Sequence record: NC_031043.1
Reading direction: 5' to 3' (one strand)
DNA length: 64,000 bases
Below, piece by piece: positions 8,833 through 18,397 of this stretch (position 1 is the first letter of the stretch; each line of letters opens with the position of its first letter). A program made the translations under genes and the position numbers. The notes under the pieces were generated by a model, which was not told the DNA's origin, made no database searches, and saw only the letters and a list, made by a program, of their open reading frames with translations.

Positions 8833-9357
8833 ATGGTAGCAGTAGCCCTCAAGCTGATACCACTATTGCAGTTTCTGCTGGAAGTATTCAAATCTGATGA
8901 TGGTAAGCTCACGGCGAAGGTTAAAGCCGCATGTCTGGCTTTTGTGGCCTTGCTCATTTTTTCCGCCTACGTCTCCTACGCATACGTTCAGCAGTTTCAC
9001 GCATTAGTGGAATTGAAAGCACATCAACAGTATCTGGTTAAATCGGAAGTCGACGCCACGGGGCGCTCTCTCAGACTCGAGAGCCGTGTCGCCGCATTGG
9101 AAAACAAGCTCGACTTGTGTCGGCGTGGGCCTGAGCCATATGAAGGTACGTCGCCAAAGCCGATGCCGCAACCGACAGCTCCCGAAAAGGCGGTTAGCGT
9201 ATTGAAGGAAACGCAACCGGTTGATAAGCGGATTCCGTCACCCACCCCCTTCCCTAAACACGTCCAGCTTCCTGTTGCGGTAATCCCGTCACGGGAAGAG
9301 GTCGAGAAAGCGCTCTCTGACCGCATGGACAGAATCTCAAGACACATAAATAACTAA
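8833..9357 (+). CDS. Inner-membrane protein; i-spanin candidate
   Basis: TM segment ACLAFVALLIFSAYVSYAYV, then a predicted coiled coil, one Cys and a Pro-rich linker. Confidence 0.5.
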   Translation: MVAVALKLIPLLQFLLEVFKSDDGKLTAKVKAACLAFVALLIFSAYVSYAYVQQFHALVELKAHQQYLVKSEVDATGRSLRLESRVAALENKLDLCRRGPEPYEGTSPKPMPQPTAPEKAVSVLKETQPVDKRIPSPTPFPKHVQLPVAVIPSREEVEKALSDRMDRISRHINN

Positions 9358-9366
9358 GGAGCCGTT

Positions 9367-9813
9367 ATGCGTGTTGTAATATGGTTCTTTATATTCTTGC
9401 TGTGCAGCTGTACCCAGTTCGGGGCAGTACGTAATGGGTCGGTCGGGCCCATGCGTGACGGACCAGAATTAACGGACTACCGTGACATCGATAATAACGA
9501 TGCTATACTACGGGACTACGTTACCGAAGTCAATCTGTACGCATTTTATGTCTTTAACTACACGAAAGCCCTGAATGAGTATGCCATGAAACACGGGTGG
9601 CATCAACTTCCAATGTCGCCGTTGTGTGAACAGTATGCGATGCCAGGTCTAATGGATATCCCAGACTTTGCATTCCGTCATAGCGTGCATTCTAACGATG
9701 AAGTGGATATGGCTTTGGCTGATTACATTCGGCGTCTTCGAATACGCATGGATGAAAATGCCAAACGTGTTAGCAATGCGTTTGCTAAACACCGCGATGC
9801 GTGCATGTACTAA
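9367..9813 (+). CDS. Lipoprotein; o-spanin candidate
   Basis: MRVVIWFFIFLLCS-C lipobox-like signal with no Asp at +2. Extra Cys residues. Adjacent to a TM/coiled-coil gene. Confidence 0.55.
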   Translation: MRVVIWFFIFLLCSCTQFGAVRNGSVGPMRDGPELTDYRDIDNNDAILRDYVTEVNLYAFYVFNYTKALNEYAMKHGWHQLPMSPLCEQYAMPGLMDIPDFAFRHSVHSNDEVDMALADYIRRLRIRMDENAKRVSNAFAKHRDACMY

Positions 9814-9818
9814 TAAGG

Positions 9819-9856
9819 TAACTGCCTGAAAGGGCAGTTACATCTTTTACTTTTTT
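9819..9856 (+). terminator. Intrinsic terminator
   Basis: TAACTGCC...GGCAGTTA followed by a T-rich tail. Confidence 0.75.
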
Positions 9857-9877
9857 ACGCTACACCCACTTACTGTG
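9852..9877 (+). promoter_or_regulatory. Class-B promoter motif TTTTTACGC-N13-TGTG
   Basis: Same 13-nt spacing as four other sites. Confidence 0.5.
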
Positions 9878-9897
9878 TATATAACAGGAGACTCAGC

Positions 9898-10629
9898 ATG
9901 GCACATTACATTCCAAAAATTCCGGTAATCGTTCATGGGTTCGATGCCGAAACCAAAGCACTGCGTCCCGACGCCTATATCCTGAGCATGGGTATGGCCA
10001 CCTTTGATATCGCAACATTAACGCTGCTTGGTTGCTCGTACGTAGCCGTTGACCCGAACGACCCAGAGGCCAATGAGATTTTCCATACCGACCCCGGTAC
10101 GTTAGAGTGGTGGGAAGGTAAAGGCAACCCTGATTATGCCCCCTCGCCCGAAGCCCGTAAAGCGGCATTCTCGGGCACGACCAAAATGCCTGATGCGCTA
10201 CGCATTATGGTGAACTACGTCGAACAGTTTAAGAAGTTCGATTCTGTCATCGTCAGTCGCGGCCCTGAATTCGATATTCCGATTGTCTGTAATGCACTGG
10301 TGCGTTGTAACCAGTACCAAGGTTTGTTCCGTCGCTTCTCAGCTAACGATTCTGACCGTACGGTTGAGCGTCTGATGCTGGCTATGGGTCTGGAGATGGA
10401 CCAAGACACAGAACAGCACAACTGGTTACGCGGCGGTGGTGAGTGGGTTGAGCACCATCCGGGCTTTGACTCTGCCCGCAGTGCTTATCGTACGGCACGT
10501 GCCTATCATTTAGCGCACATCGCCAAGAACTACGGCTTTGAGCAGATGCTCGTTGCTCATAAAGCATTACGCGCTGGGAACTACAACCCGCCGTTAGGAT
10601 TCAAAGGGGAATTCAATGGAGCAAGTTGA
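9898..10629 (+). CDS. 3'-5' exonuclease, DEDDh (DexA/ExoVIII-like)
   Basis: Exo I FDAET, Exo II SRGPEFDIPI, Exo III EHHPGFDSA. Confidence 0.8.
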   Translation: MAHYIPKIPVIVHGFDAETKALRPDAYILSMGMATFDIATLTLLGCSYVAVDPNDPEANEIFHTDPGTLEWWEGKGNPDYAPSPEARKAAFSGTTKMPDALRIMVNYVEQFKKFDSVIVSRGPEFDIPIVCNALVRCNQYQGLFRRFSANDSDRTVERLMLAMGLEMDQDTEQHNWLRGGGEWVEHHPGFDSARSAYRTARAYHLAHIAKNYGFEQMLVAHKALRAGNYNPPLGFKGEFNGAS

Positions 10630-12151
10630 AGTAGCCGTGTTGTACAGTGACGGTAGCCACTTTCCTGACCCTCACGGGTCAGGTGCGGGTATCTTCGCGT
10701 ACACCATCGACAAATTAGATGAAGGGTTTCTGGGAGGCTACAGCTTTCCGGGAGTCCCGGATGCTATTACGTCGGAAGGCTTTAAACCAATGACGTTATC
10801 TGACCCAAAACCAATGCTACCGGTTGGTCGTGTGAAGTTTTGGGAGTCAGTCATTCCAGTACGTCCTTCTTCGGCACAAGTCGGGGAACTGACAGCGTTC
10901 ATTGCGGTATTCGATAAGACCCCATTCAAAGCCAAGAAATACATCATTTATGCTGACTCAACGTATATGATTAATACGGTCACCGACTGGATTTGGGGTT
11001 GGGAACGTAATGGCTGGCGTCGTGCAGACGGAACACCGTGTGCCAATCTGGATATCCTGAAACGTATTCTGGCGATTCTGAAATCTATAAAGGAAGAAGG
11101 GATTACCCTGATAGTGCGTAAGATTAAAGCGCACGCAGGACACTATGGAAACGAGATGGCGGATAAACTCGCGAAGCAAGGGGCAGCGGCTTCTGCTTTG
11201 ACTAACGAGCATAACTTCCAACCCTTCTGGCGTGAGGTGTTTAACGATGAGGAAACGCCGGAGGAGTCGATGTTTATCGAGCCGGAGAAACCGGGCGCGG
11301 GCATGGACATTACGTCGTTACCAAGCATCATGTCCCACAAGTGGCATTACATGCTGGGTGATGAACCGACCCCTTCCCTTACGCTGGCCAATGGCGAGAA
11401 GTGGGAATACGTTATGTCTGGCCACCATGCTAAGGATAAGAACGACTTAGTGTTGGTGGGTAAGTTCTTGCCTGACGCCATGTTCTCTGTGACTCTGCAT
11501 CGTAAAGCGCCGGAGAACTTGAAGTTCGTTGCGGATGAACATGCTAAGCAAGCATGGGAAGGCGTTCCGGCGATGAAGCAGTACAGTGCCATTACCATGG
11601 TCAACGGTGACCACCTCAGACGTAAGAAGTTTGTGGAAGCGGCGAAGAACGGTTTGCCATTGTCCGAGATGGAATTCAAGTCAGACGGTAATGCGTGGAT
11701 GTTTGGTGATACCTGCATCAGTTACATGTTACGTCCGGCACTGTTGTCGTATCGTGTATTGGAAATTCGTGATGAACTGGCGACGATGTTGAAAGACGTG
11801 GTTGATGGCCATCACTCAGTAACCTTTAACGATATCACGCTGAAGTTCTTTGACGAGGAAGGCAAGCCACGTAAAGACTATTACCGTAACGTTGACCGTA
11901 GCATTAAGTTACCGGTGAACTTCCCGGGCAGTGATAAACAGATTGACGTTATCCTGTCTCGTGGTATTGACATGCCGGGCCGTACTGAGCTGAACCGTAT
12001 CATGGAACCGGGCGGTAAATTCGGGATTGCCACATGGCGTCGTGATAAGCAACTGGTGCAATACGCCTTGGTGTATCTGGGTGCTCAATCACACGGGCTG
12101 TGGATGGGTTATTACAGTGCTAAGCGCATCCTGACGGCCGAACAAATTTAA
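10616..12151 (+). CDS. rnhA: Ribonuclease HI with long C-terminal extension (phiKZ gp155-like)
   Basis: LYSDGS, AQVGELTAF, YADSTY, WGWERNGWRRADG and KAHAGHYGNEMADKLAKQGA. Confidence 0.92.
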   Translation: MEQVEVAVLYSDGSHFPDPHGSGAGIFAYTIDKLDEGFLGGYSFPGVPDAITSEGFKPMTLSDPKPMLPVGRVKFWESVIPVRPSSAQVGELTAFIAVFDKTPFKAKKYIIYADSTYMINTVTDWIWGWERNGWRRADGTPCANLDILKRILAILKSIKEEGITLIVRKIKAHAGHYGNEMADKLAKQGAAASALTNEHNFQPFWREVFNDEETPEESMFIEPEKPGAGMDITSLPSIMSHKWHYMLGDEPTPSLTLANGEKWEYVMSGHHAKDKNDLVLVGKFLPDAMFSVTLHRKAPENLKFVADEHAKQAWEGVPAMKQYSAITMVNGDHLRRKKFVEAAKNGLPLSEMEFKSDGNAWMFGDTCISYMLRPALLSYRVLEIRDELATMLKDVVDGHHSVTFNDITLKFFDEEGKPRKDYYRNVDRSIKLPVNFPGSDKQIDVILSRGIDMPGRTELNRIMEPGGKFGIATWRRDKQLVQYALVYLGAQSHGLWMGYYSAKRILTAEQI

Positions 12152-12169
12152 AATATATGTTATCGCGTG
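12147..12169 (+). promoter_or_regulatory. Class-A promoter motif (ATATATGTTAT, N3, GTG)
   Basis: Exact core match at 12153-12163. Confidence 0.65.
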
Positions 12170-12193
12170 ATACTAAATTGAGGAGTATGTCAC

Positions 12194-12970
12194 ATGCGAG
12201 TTATTGCATCGTATAAAATGTCGAGGCTGAATATTCCATTTCGCAATCGTTTAATGGAATACCTCATCACGCGATACTTTGAAGAGAATAAGATTCCAGA
12301 TACGTGGGCGGAGGAAACCGACACTATCAAAGAAGAGCTGGACATTCCGGCTCAACTTATTATCTCTCGTTTATTCGGGGGTTGGTTAGACGCGGTGGTT
12401 AACCACGTCAATCAGGGGACGCCATTGACCGAAGAGGAGTTAGTCGAGTATCCACACCAGATGGATGACTTATACGACTCCTACAGTTTCGAAAGCGATA
12501 AAGAATACCACCGTGACTTCTCCGGTTACATGGACCAGACCGCTTGGGAGTTTATGTCTAAAGCGGCCGAGTACCTGACCGAAGATGAGATGCTGGCAAC
12601 CATCTGGCAGACCTTGTCTGATATTGGGGCGGAGGTCTACGGGACGTTGAAAGTGCTTCAGCCGGGCGGGGCGGTAGGGCTGTGGCATTCACTGGAAAAC
12701 TACGAGCAGCAGATTTGGCAGGGTAAGATGGCGTTATTCGCTATCGACTCGGGCGATTACGAAGTGCTGTACAAAGGGCCGAAAGCGGAAGAGTTCTCTG
12801 GGTCAGAAGAAGCTAAAGCGACCGCCGGTAACGGGGAGTTCTTCTTCATCTGGAACGGGAAACTCATTACTTACGGCAACCGTATCGTAACCATCCCTAC
12901 GGGGGATATCATTGAAGCCTGCGAGCTGAATGGTGATATCGTCTCGTCTATCGAGAGGGCTTCAGAATGA
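12194..12970 (+). CDS. Acidic hypothetical protein
   Basis: AGGAG 8 nt upstream. Probable paralog of the next gene. Confidence 0.8.
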   Translation: MRVIASYKMSRLNIPFRNRLMEYLITRYFEENKIPDTWAEETDTIKEELDIPAQLIISRLFGGWLDAVVNHVNQGTPLTEEELVEYPHQMDDLYDSYSFESDKEYHRDFSGYMDQTAWEFMSKAAEYLTEDEMLATIWQTLSDIGAEVYGTLKVLQPGGAVGLWHSLENYEQQIWQGKMALFAIDSGDYEVLYKGPKAEEFSGSEEAKATAGNGEFFFIWNGKLITYGNRIVTIPTGDIIEACELNGDIVSSIERASE

Positions 12971-13761
12971 AGAAGGTCATCAGTGGTGTTTTAACTTCGC
13001 TTAACACCTCCATTCTTTACGAGTGGGATGACTGGTGGGAAAAGGAGTTCTCGGTCGGGGTGCCGGAAGAATGCAAACCGGTTATCTTCGATTTGGTACT
13101 GGAAGGGGAACTGGACAAAACCGCCCCTAACTACCACAGCCGTTTAATGTTACGCACCGCAGTCACCCTTTTTAAGGCGCGTCTTTATCACCAGTTAATT
13201 ACGACGTACAACAACAACCCGGTCTACCAACCCGAAGAGTTTAATGAGCGGGTCAAGCTTGCTTATGACGAATCGTGGTGGGAAGGCTTCCGCGATGAAG
13301 TCCAGCGTTGCGACGGTGACAGTGACGACAGTTGTAACATGCTCACCATGAACATGTTAGAAACCTTCATTAACCAGCTCATTGAAATCATGACCTCGGA
13401 ATGGGCTGAGAAGTTCTACACGGCCTTCTACGACGAGCTGGGGAACATCATGAACGGTTTGCAGTGCGTGGGAGTGTGGTTGAACGAGTTCATGACTCGT
13501 CGACTGGCTGAAGACCCGCAGTGCCGTCTGTACGTGCTGGAAACCGACGATGTGAAATTCATTGCTTCTAAGAAGTGGGATGAATCTCCGGAAGTCGTGG
13601 AATGGTTAGACCAACAAATGTCCAACGCCACTATTCTGCCAATGCTGTGGGTAGTGAACGGTATTATCGTGGCAGACATGGCGCATCACACGTTAAACCG
13701 TGGTGATGTGATTAAACGTTACTCTATTAAACCTGAGGTTCTGAATGCAATTAATCATTGA
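12967..13761 (+). CDS. Acidic hypothetical protein
   Basis: ATGA overlap. C-terminal similarity to the preceding gene. Confidence 0.8.
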   Translation: MKKVISGVLTSLNTSILYEWDDWWEKEFSVGVPEECKPVIFDLVLEGELDKTAPNYHSRLMLRTAVTLFKARLYHQLITTYNNNPVYQPEEFNERVKLAYDESWWEGFRDEVQRCDGDSDDSCNMLTMNMLETFINQLIEIMTSEWAEKFYTAFYDELGNIMNGLQCVGVWLNEFMTRRLAEDPQCRLYVLETDDVKFIASKKWDESPEVVEWLDQQMSNATILPMLWVVNGIIVADMAHHTLNRGDVIKRYSIKPEVLNAINH

Positions 13762-14278
13762 TTTCCGTAATCATGACGTCTCTGAGGCGTTACGCAATTT
13801 ATCAAACGGCATGAAAACTAACATCGTCATGCAGATTGAAGAAGCGCTGGGAATGACGGAAATCAAACTGTCCGTAGACACCGGTAATGACCATGTGTTT
13901 ATCAATAACGCGAAGTTAGGCGACCTTGTTGATGATGTTATCACTCGTGAACTGCAGCGCATGTTCGGGCAGGTGGTTACCATTAATACCGGCAACTTCC
14001 AAAACGTGGGTGAGTTCCTTGACCTCGTCTCAAATCGCTTTGGTGAAATCTTTACGCGTCTGATTACCGAAGCACAAGCGACGGAACTGACTGCGAAGAT
14101 GTTGGTGGATGGACAGACCGCAGGCGACTACAAAGAGACCTTAACCAATCTCGTACCGGGCGATGTCTGGCAATCGATTGAGAAAGAACTCAATGGTGGT
14201 CGTCAGCAAGCACTGCGTATTATGCGTACTGCATTAGAAAGCATGCAGGCGTCTATTGAACCCGGTTCAGTAATGTAA
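13745..14278 (+). CDS. Hypothetical protein
   Basis: GAGG RBS. Ends before the bidirectional terminator. Confidence 0.75.
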   Translation: MQLIIDFRNHDVSEALRNLSNGMKTNIVMQIEEALGMTEIKLSVDTGNDHVFINNAKLGDLVDDVITRELQRMFGQVVTINTGNFQNVGEFLDLVSNRFGEIFTRLITEAQATELTAKMLVDGQTAGDYKETLTNLVPGDVWQSIEKELNGGRQQALRIMRTALESMQASIEPGSVM

Positions 14279-14280
14279 CA

Positions 14281-14326
14281 AAAAATAAATAAGTCCCTGC
14301 TACCCGATGGGTAGCAGGAGGCTTTT
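14281..14326. terminator. Bidirectional intrinsic terminator
   Basis: CCTGCTACCC-gat-GGGTAGCAGG between convergent genes. Confidence 0.85.
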
Positions 14327-15086
14327 AACGCTTATCTTTTTTTGCCAACATCTTGAATTGTTCAGCAGTGGCATTCAGACAGTTGGTCAGCTCATCGGTC
14401 TGACGCATGAACAGGCCAAGTAACTGCACCCATGCATCCGCCATGTCAACCAGCTTCACTAACTCTTTACCCACGTTCGGGTTAATCGAGGAGTCAGAAA
14501 TAATCTGCACCGATTCAGCGATAGACTCCACCAGATTCTGGGTGTCTTTACGTACCGCTTTACTGATAGCATCACGCAGGGCGCTGGCACGGTGGAACGC
14601 TGCTTCCAGTTCAGAAGCCGAACGGTACGCCTTTTCGAACGGGCGCTGGTCAATCGCAGACGCAACGTAGTTCTTTGACAGCTTCTTCGTGAGGTCATCG
14701 GCATTGACGTTAGACAATGGGTATTTGAACCCTGCCATACGGAACGCAACCGGGACAGTCAGCATAGCAGGGGAGTTAGCCAAACCTGCCAGTTCGAGGT
14801 TAACTGGTTTCAGTACCCCGTCAACGATTCCGTCCAATACTTTCCAGACGTCTTCCAGTTGTTTGAGGTGGTCAAACACGAAGGCATCGAAACCCGGTGG
14901 GACTGGTACAAGCATCCCGACAAAGTTGCCATACTGTTCGCGTTTAATCCATTTGGTTACTTCGTCAACATCGTTGTAAGTGGCCAGTACAACATCATCT
15001 TTTGTACCACCAAAGAAACGCGGGACGACGGTGGTCAAGTTACTGACCATGGTGGCCATAGCAGGCCCGATGTCGCGGATGTTCAT
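14325..15086 (-). CDS. Probable virion (internal head) protein
   Basis: Helical 253-aa protein. Position between rnh and uvsX as in phiKZ-like genomes (synteny only). Confidence 0.5.
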   Translation of the reverse strand: MNIRDIGPAMATMVSNLTTVVPRFFGGTKDDVVLATYNDVDEVTKWIKREQYGNFVGMLVPVPPGFDAFVFDHLKQLEDVWKVLDGIVDGVLKPVNLELAGLANSPAMLTVPVAFRMAGFKYPLSNVNADDLTKKLSKNYVASAIDQRPFEKAYRSASELEAAFHRASALRDAISKAVRKDTQNLVESIAESVQIISDSSINPNVGKELVKLVDMADAWVQLLGLFMRQTDELTNCLNATAEQFKMLAKKDKR

Positions 15087-15128
15087 TAGAGTTCCTTACG
15101 GTTAAGGGATTAATCATAGTATTGATAC

Positions 15129-15154
15129 TTTTTACATAACATTCCTAAACTATG
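15129..15154 (+). promoter_or_regulatory. Class-B promoter motif TTTTTACAT-N13-TATG
   Basis: Fixed-spacing motif upstream of uvsX. Confidence 0.6.
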
Positions 15155-15195
15155 TATACCCTAAACCACCGAATATTTTGAAATGGAGCATTACG

Positions 15196-16674
15196 ATGGC
15201 AGGTCCTAAGAAGGCGACACAAGGTGAAGCGATTCGTCCGCGTTTTAACGTCTGGACTATTTTCGACCACGCGTTGGGTGAGTACGTAAAAGGGGACGAT
15301 AACCTCTGGTACCTCAACGGTGGCTTTGGCCACATCATGGGTTTTGCAGGTCGAGGCAACACCTTTAAATCGTTCTTGCTCGATTATTGCATTGCAACTA
15401 TTCTGCTGCGCTACCGTGCAGAATGGGCATCGAAGTACGATACTGAAGTTTCCGCACAGCTTTCCCGTATGCAGACAGTAGTGCGCTGTGTCTGTATTGC
15501 CAACGGCTGGGATTACGATTACGCCGAGCATGCGGTTGAAGTATTAATGGAGAAAGGTTGCTTTAACATGCAATCCTCCGAACTGGTACCGGGTGAACAG
15601 TGGTGGGCGGACTACATTCGTGATGAAGTAGAAGACCGCTACAAACAGTACATGGGTCGTAAGAACCTGCGTGAAACTCCGTTCCCTGACCCTATCCGCA
15701 AAGAAAACAAAAAGATGCTCAACCCGTGGCTGTACGGGTGTGACTCTTTGTCAGAGTGGAAAACTTCCAAAATGGAAGATGCCCGTGATGACTCTAACGT
15801 GGGTGACTCCGAGCAGAACGCCTTGGCGGCACAGGATGCGAAACAGAAGTCTGACATGATGGGGCGCTGGCCGAATGCGTTGGCTCGCGGACACTTCTAC
15901 ATGGGCTTTGTGGTTCACATCACTGACAACATGCAGATGGGACGTATTGAGCCGGGTAAGAAGCTCGATGAGTTCAAAGGTAACATCAAGTTCGCTAACG
16001 TGCCGGGGCGTGCCGTTACCTTCCTGACTAACTCCTTATTAGTGGCCACGCACTCAGGCGACTGTAAGCAGCCGGGTACCTTTAACTCGAAGACCGGTGT
16101 TGAAGACCCAATGTTCCCGTCAGCGAAGTCGAAGGGGATGAGTTCGTCGGTCAACGACTTGAAGATTATCCGTTACACTCAGTTCCGTGCCAAGTCAGGC
16201 CCGACTGGTGTGAAGATGGACATGATCTACTCACAGGAGCTGGGCTTTATGCCGCACCTGTCCTTGTGGTATTACCTGAAAGAAACCATTACGGGCGATT
16301 ATGGGTTTAACCGCTCTGGACATTTCTATGAGCTTCAAATCCTGCCGGGAGTGAAATTCGGTCGTACCACTATCTTTGACATGGCGTTGGAAAACCGTCG
16401 TTTACAGCGTGCATTAGAAATTACCGCAGGGCTGGCGTATATCCAGAACAACTGGTTCCGTTTGGAGCCTGAGTATCATATCACGCCGCAAGAGCTTTAC
16501 GACAAGGTGAAGGAAGCTGGTTTTGACTGGGATGAAATCTTAGACAATACCGTAGAATATTGGCAGTTCAAAGACCAAGAGACGAAAGGCTCTAAACGTT
16601 GTGTGACCGTGAAGACATTACTCGACATGGCACTCAAGGGTCTGAAGCCAAAATTCCTCACTGTGAAAAAATAA
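15196..16674 (+). CDS. uvsX: UvsX/RecA-like recombinase (phiKZ gp152-like)
   Basis: Walker A variant GFAGRGNTFKS, YDTE, Walker B region YGCDSLSEW, RAKSGPTG. GGAG RBS before ATG 15196. Confidence 0.85.
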   Translation: MAGPKKATQGEAIRPRFNVWTIFDHALGEYVKGDDNLWYLNGGFGHIMGFAGRGNTFKSFLLDYCIATILLRYRAEWASKYDTEVSAQLSRMQTVVRCVCIANGWDYDYAEHAVEVLMEKGCFNMQSSELVPGEQWWADYIRDEVEDRYKQYMGRKNLRETPFPDPIRKENKKMLNPWLYGCDSLSEWKTSKMEDARDDSNVGDSEQNALAAQDAKQKSDMMGRWPNALARGHFYMGFVVHITDNMQMGRIEPGKKLDEFKGNIKFANVPGRAVTFLTNSLLVATHSGDCKQPGTFNSKTGVEDPMFPSAKSKGMSSSVNDLKIIRYTQFRAKSGPTGVKMDMIYSQELGFMPHLSLWYYLKETITGDYGFNRSGHFYELQILPGVKFGRTTIFDMALENRRLQRALEITAGLAYIQNNWFRLEPEYHITPQELYDKVKEAGFDWDEILDNTVEYWQFKDQETKGSKRCVTVKTLLDMALKGLKPKFLTVKK

Positions 16675-16683
16675 CTTTTGTCC

Positions 16684-16705
16684 GGGTAGGGGGAAACCCC
16701 TACCC
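16684..16705 (+). other. GAAA-capped hairpin without U-tract
   Basis: GGGTAGGGG-GAAA-CCCCTACCC between co-directional genes. Confidence 0.6.
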
Positions 16706-16720
16706 TAAAGGATTTTAAAA

Positions 16721-17032
16721 ATGCGTTATCAATCCCTAATTATTGAGCGTATTCGCCAAGGGTTGGTTGCAATCAGCCCACAAGTTGCGGAAACCTTTGT
16801 TCAAACCTGTTCCCCACCGATTAACGACCTGCCTACCTTTGTACGTCAAGTGAATGCCCATTTCGTGGGTCTGCTGGCAAGTCATGGGGTGACAGTTGGT
16901 AAACGTGGTTTCGATATCCCAGAAGATGATGAAGCTATTCCGTATTGGGTTGAAGACTTAGAACGGCGTGTTCACCCTGTATTGAAAGCGGCAAAGGAGA
17001 AACAAGATGGCTCTGAATCAGCAGTTGCGTAA
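16721..17032 (+). CDS. Hypothetical protein
   Basis: AAGGA RBS. Conserved position before the RNAP beta-C gene. Confidence 0.75.
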   Translation: MRYQSLIIERIRQGLVAISPQVAETFVQTCSPPINDLPTFVRQVNAHFVGLLASHGVTVGKRGFDIPEDDEAIPYWVEDLERRVHPVLKAAKEKQDGSESAVA

Positions 17033-17678
17033 AAAGGCTGAAGCGTACATCATCTCCGTGCTGGATGCGGTTGACCCGTCGGGGATTAACTCCAAGATAG
17101 CCAAGGAAAGTCTGCCGCAAATGAAAGACGATGAATTCGTCGCCATGGCCAAGCAAGGCATTCCAATGTATCAGCCGGTGGGCGGTAAGACGAAAATCGA
17201 TTACCGTAACAACATCAAAGTCGCCGAGAAGATGGGGATTCCCTTATCTGAAAAGGTGTGGTTGACCGAACCGAAGACGGGCATTACCCATCTGACACGG
17301 CATCCCCATTTGATTCTGTTGCTGCCGATTCGTCGTCAGACGCAGATGCTCGAGAAAAAGATGTCGGTAGCGAAACACGACAAAGTGCGTGATAAGCTGA
17401 CCGGTCAAGTTACGGGCCCATCAAAAGCATCGGGTATTTCGTTCCCTGAAGCTTACATTATCTTTTCTGACCAACTTGATGAGTCATTGCAAGAGTTCCT
17501 GCATGCGCGTGGTGGTAACGAGGCCCTTAACCGTGCCTTCTACCAAGCCCTGCGTTTAACAGGACGTGGCCGTATTCACATTCCCGGTGCTGAGCGTACT
17601 TCTGCGAAGTCTACTCGTACTTGGGGCGCCTATTATAAAGCAATGCACATCGGTAGCAACTTAGGACACCCGCAATGA
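17007..17678 (+). CDS. rpoB: Virion RNA polymerase beta C-terminal subunit (phiKZ gp149-like)
   Basis: RRQTQMLEKKMSV...KLTGQVTGPSK...ISFPEAYI corresponds to RpoB LHHMVDDKIH...VTQQPLGG...FGEMEVWAL. Confidence 0.85.
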   Translation: MALNQQLRKKAEAYIISVLDAVDPSGINSKIAKESLPQMKDDEFVAMAKQGIPMYQPVGGKTKIDYRNNIKVAEKMGIPLSEKVWLTEPKTGITHLTRHPHLILLLPIRRQTQMLEKKMSVAKHDKVRDKLTGQVTGPSKASGISFPEAYIIFSDQLDESLQEFLHARGGNEALNRAFYQALRLTGRGRIHIPGAERTSAKSTRTWGAYYKAMHIGSNLGHPQ

Positions 17679-18397
17679 TATTCACGCGTCGGAGCTTAAT
17701 CGATATTAGTTGTTTAGTGGATGACCGCTTAGGATTAGTCGAAGCCCGTTATCCGCATCTGTTGGATAAGTTGGAGCTGGCTGCATTCTATACCCGCATA
17801 ACCGAAGTGTGGGCTAGTATTATCGGCATCCCAGACTTTTACACTGAATACGCCAACCGCGACGTTGCTGTGTTGAAAGCCTCCCGCCCGACGCAGTTTA
17901 TTAACGTGTTCCGTGAAAAGCTTCAGGAAGACTTGCTGGCCATCAAACTGTCTGCGCCTATTGAGCGTCCGCAGGTCACCATTAACTTCTATCCGTACAC
18001 GGACTTATCGCAACTCGAACGTAAAGAGTTTGAGACGGTCTTCCGTGAACTGTTCCCCGGTGTAGAAATCAATACCGTGTGTATTCCCTTGAAAGTGCTG
18101 ACGCCTGAGTTCCTCAGAGGGCAGTGGGACGCATGGTTTACGTACGACTATTACGACTGGATGGAACTGCAAAGCAAAAATCTGGCCACGCGTATCCCAC
18201 GGTTTGTGTTACACCGTCCGGGTATCTTGACCAAAGAGCTGACACCGGAAACGGTCGAAGTCATTAAGCGGGATGGTGTGAATCCATTCGACGAGTCAAA
18301 AAAATTCCTTGCCGAGTACATCACAGTAGAAACACTCAAAGTGTCTCTGTTCTGTCATGTACCCGACCTGGACATTACTCCGCCACCGCCTGTTTAA
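17675..18397 (+). CDS. Conserved hypothetical protein
   Basis: ATGA overlap with the RNAP subunit gene. N-terminal LIDISCLVDDRLG. Confidence 0.75.
   Translation: MIFTRRSLIDISCLVDDRLGLVEARYPHLLDKLELAAFYTRITEVWASIIGIPDFYTEYANRDVAVLKASRPTQFINVFREKLQEDLLAIKLSAPIERPQVTINFYPYTDLSQLERKEFETVFRELFPGVEINTVCIPLKVLTPEFLRGQWDAWFTYDYYDWMELQSKNLATRIPRFVLHRPGILTKELTPETVEVIKRDGVNPFDESKKFLAEYITVETLKVSLFCHVPDLDITPPPPV

Noticed and set aside
12187-12216. 9-aa ORF after AGGAG at 12181
   Set aside because: The ATG is only 1 nt from the RBS. ATG 12194 has proper spacing.
17675-17740. LIDISCLVDD as a degenerate HAD motif I
   Set aside because: DxD is broken and I could not identify the later HAD motifs.
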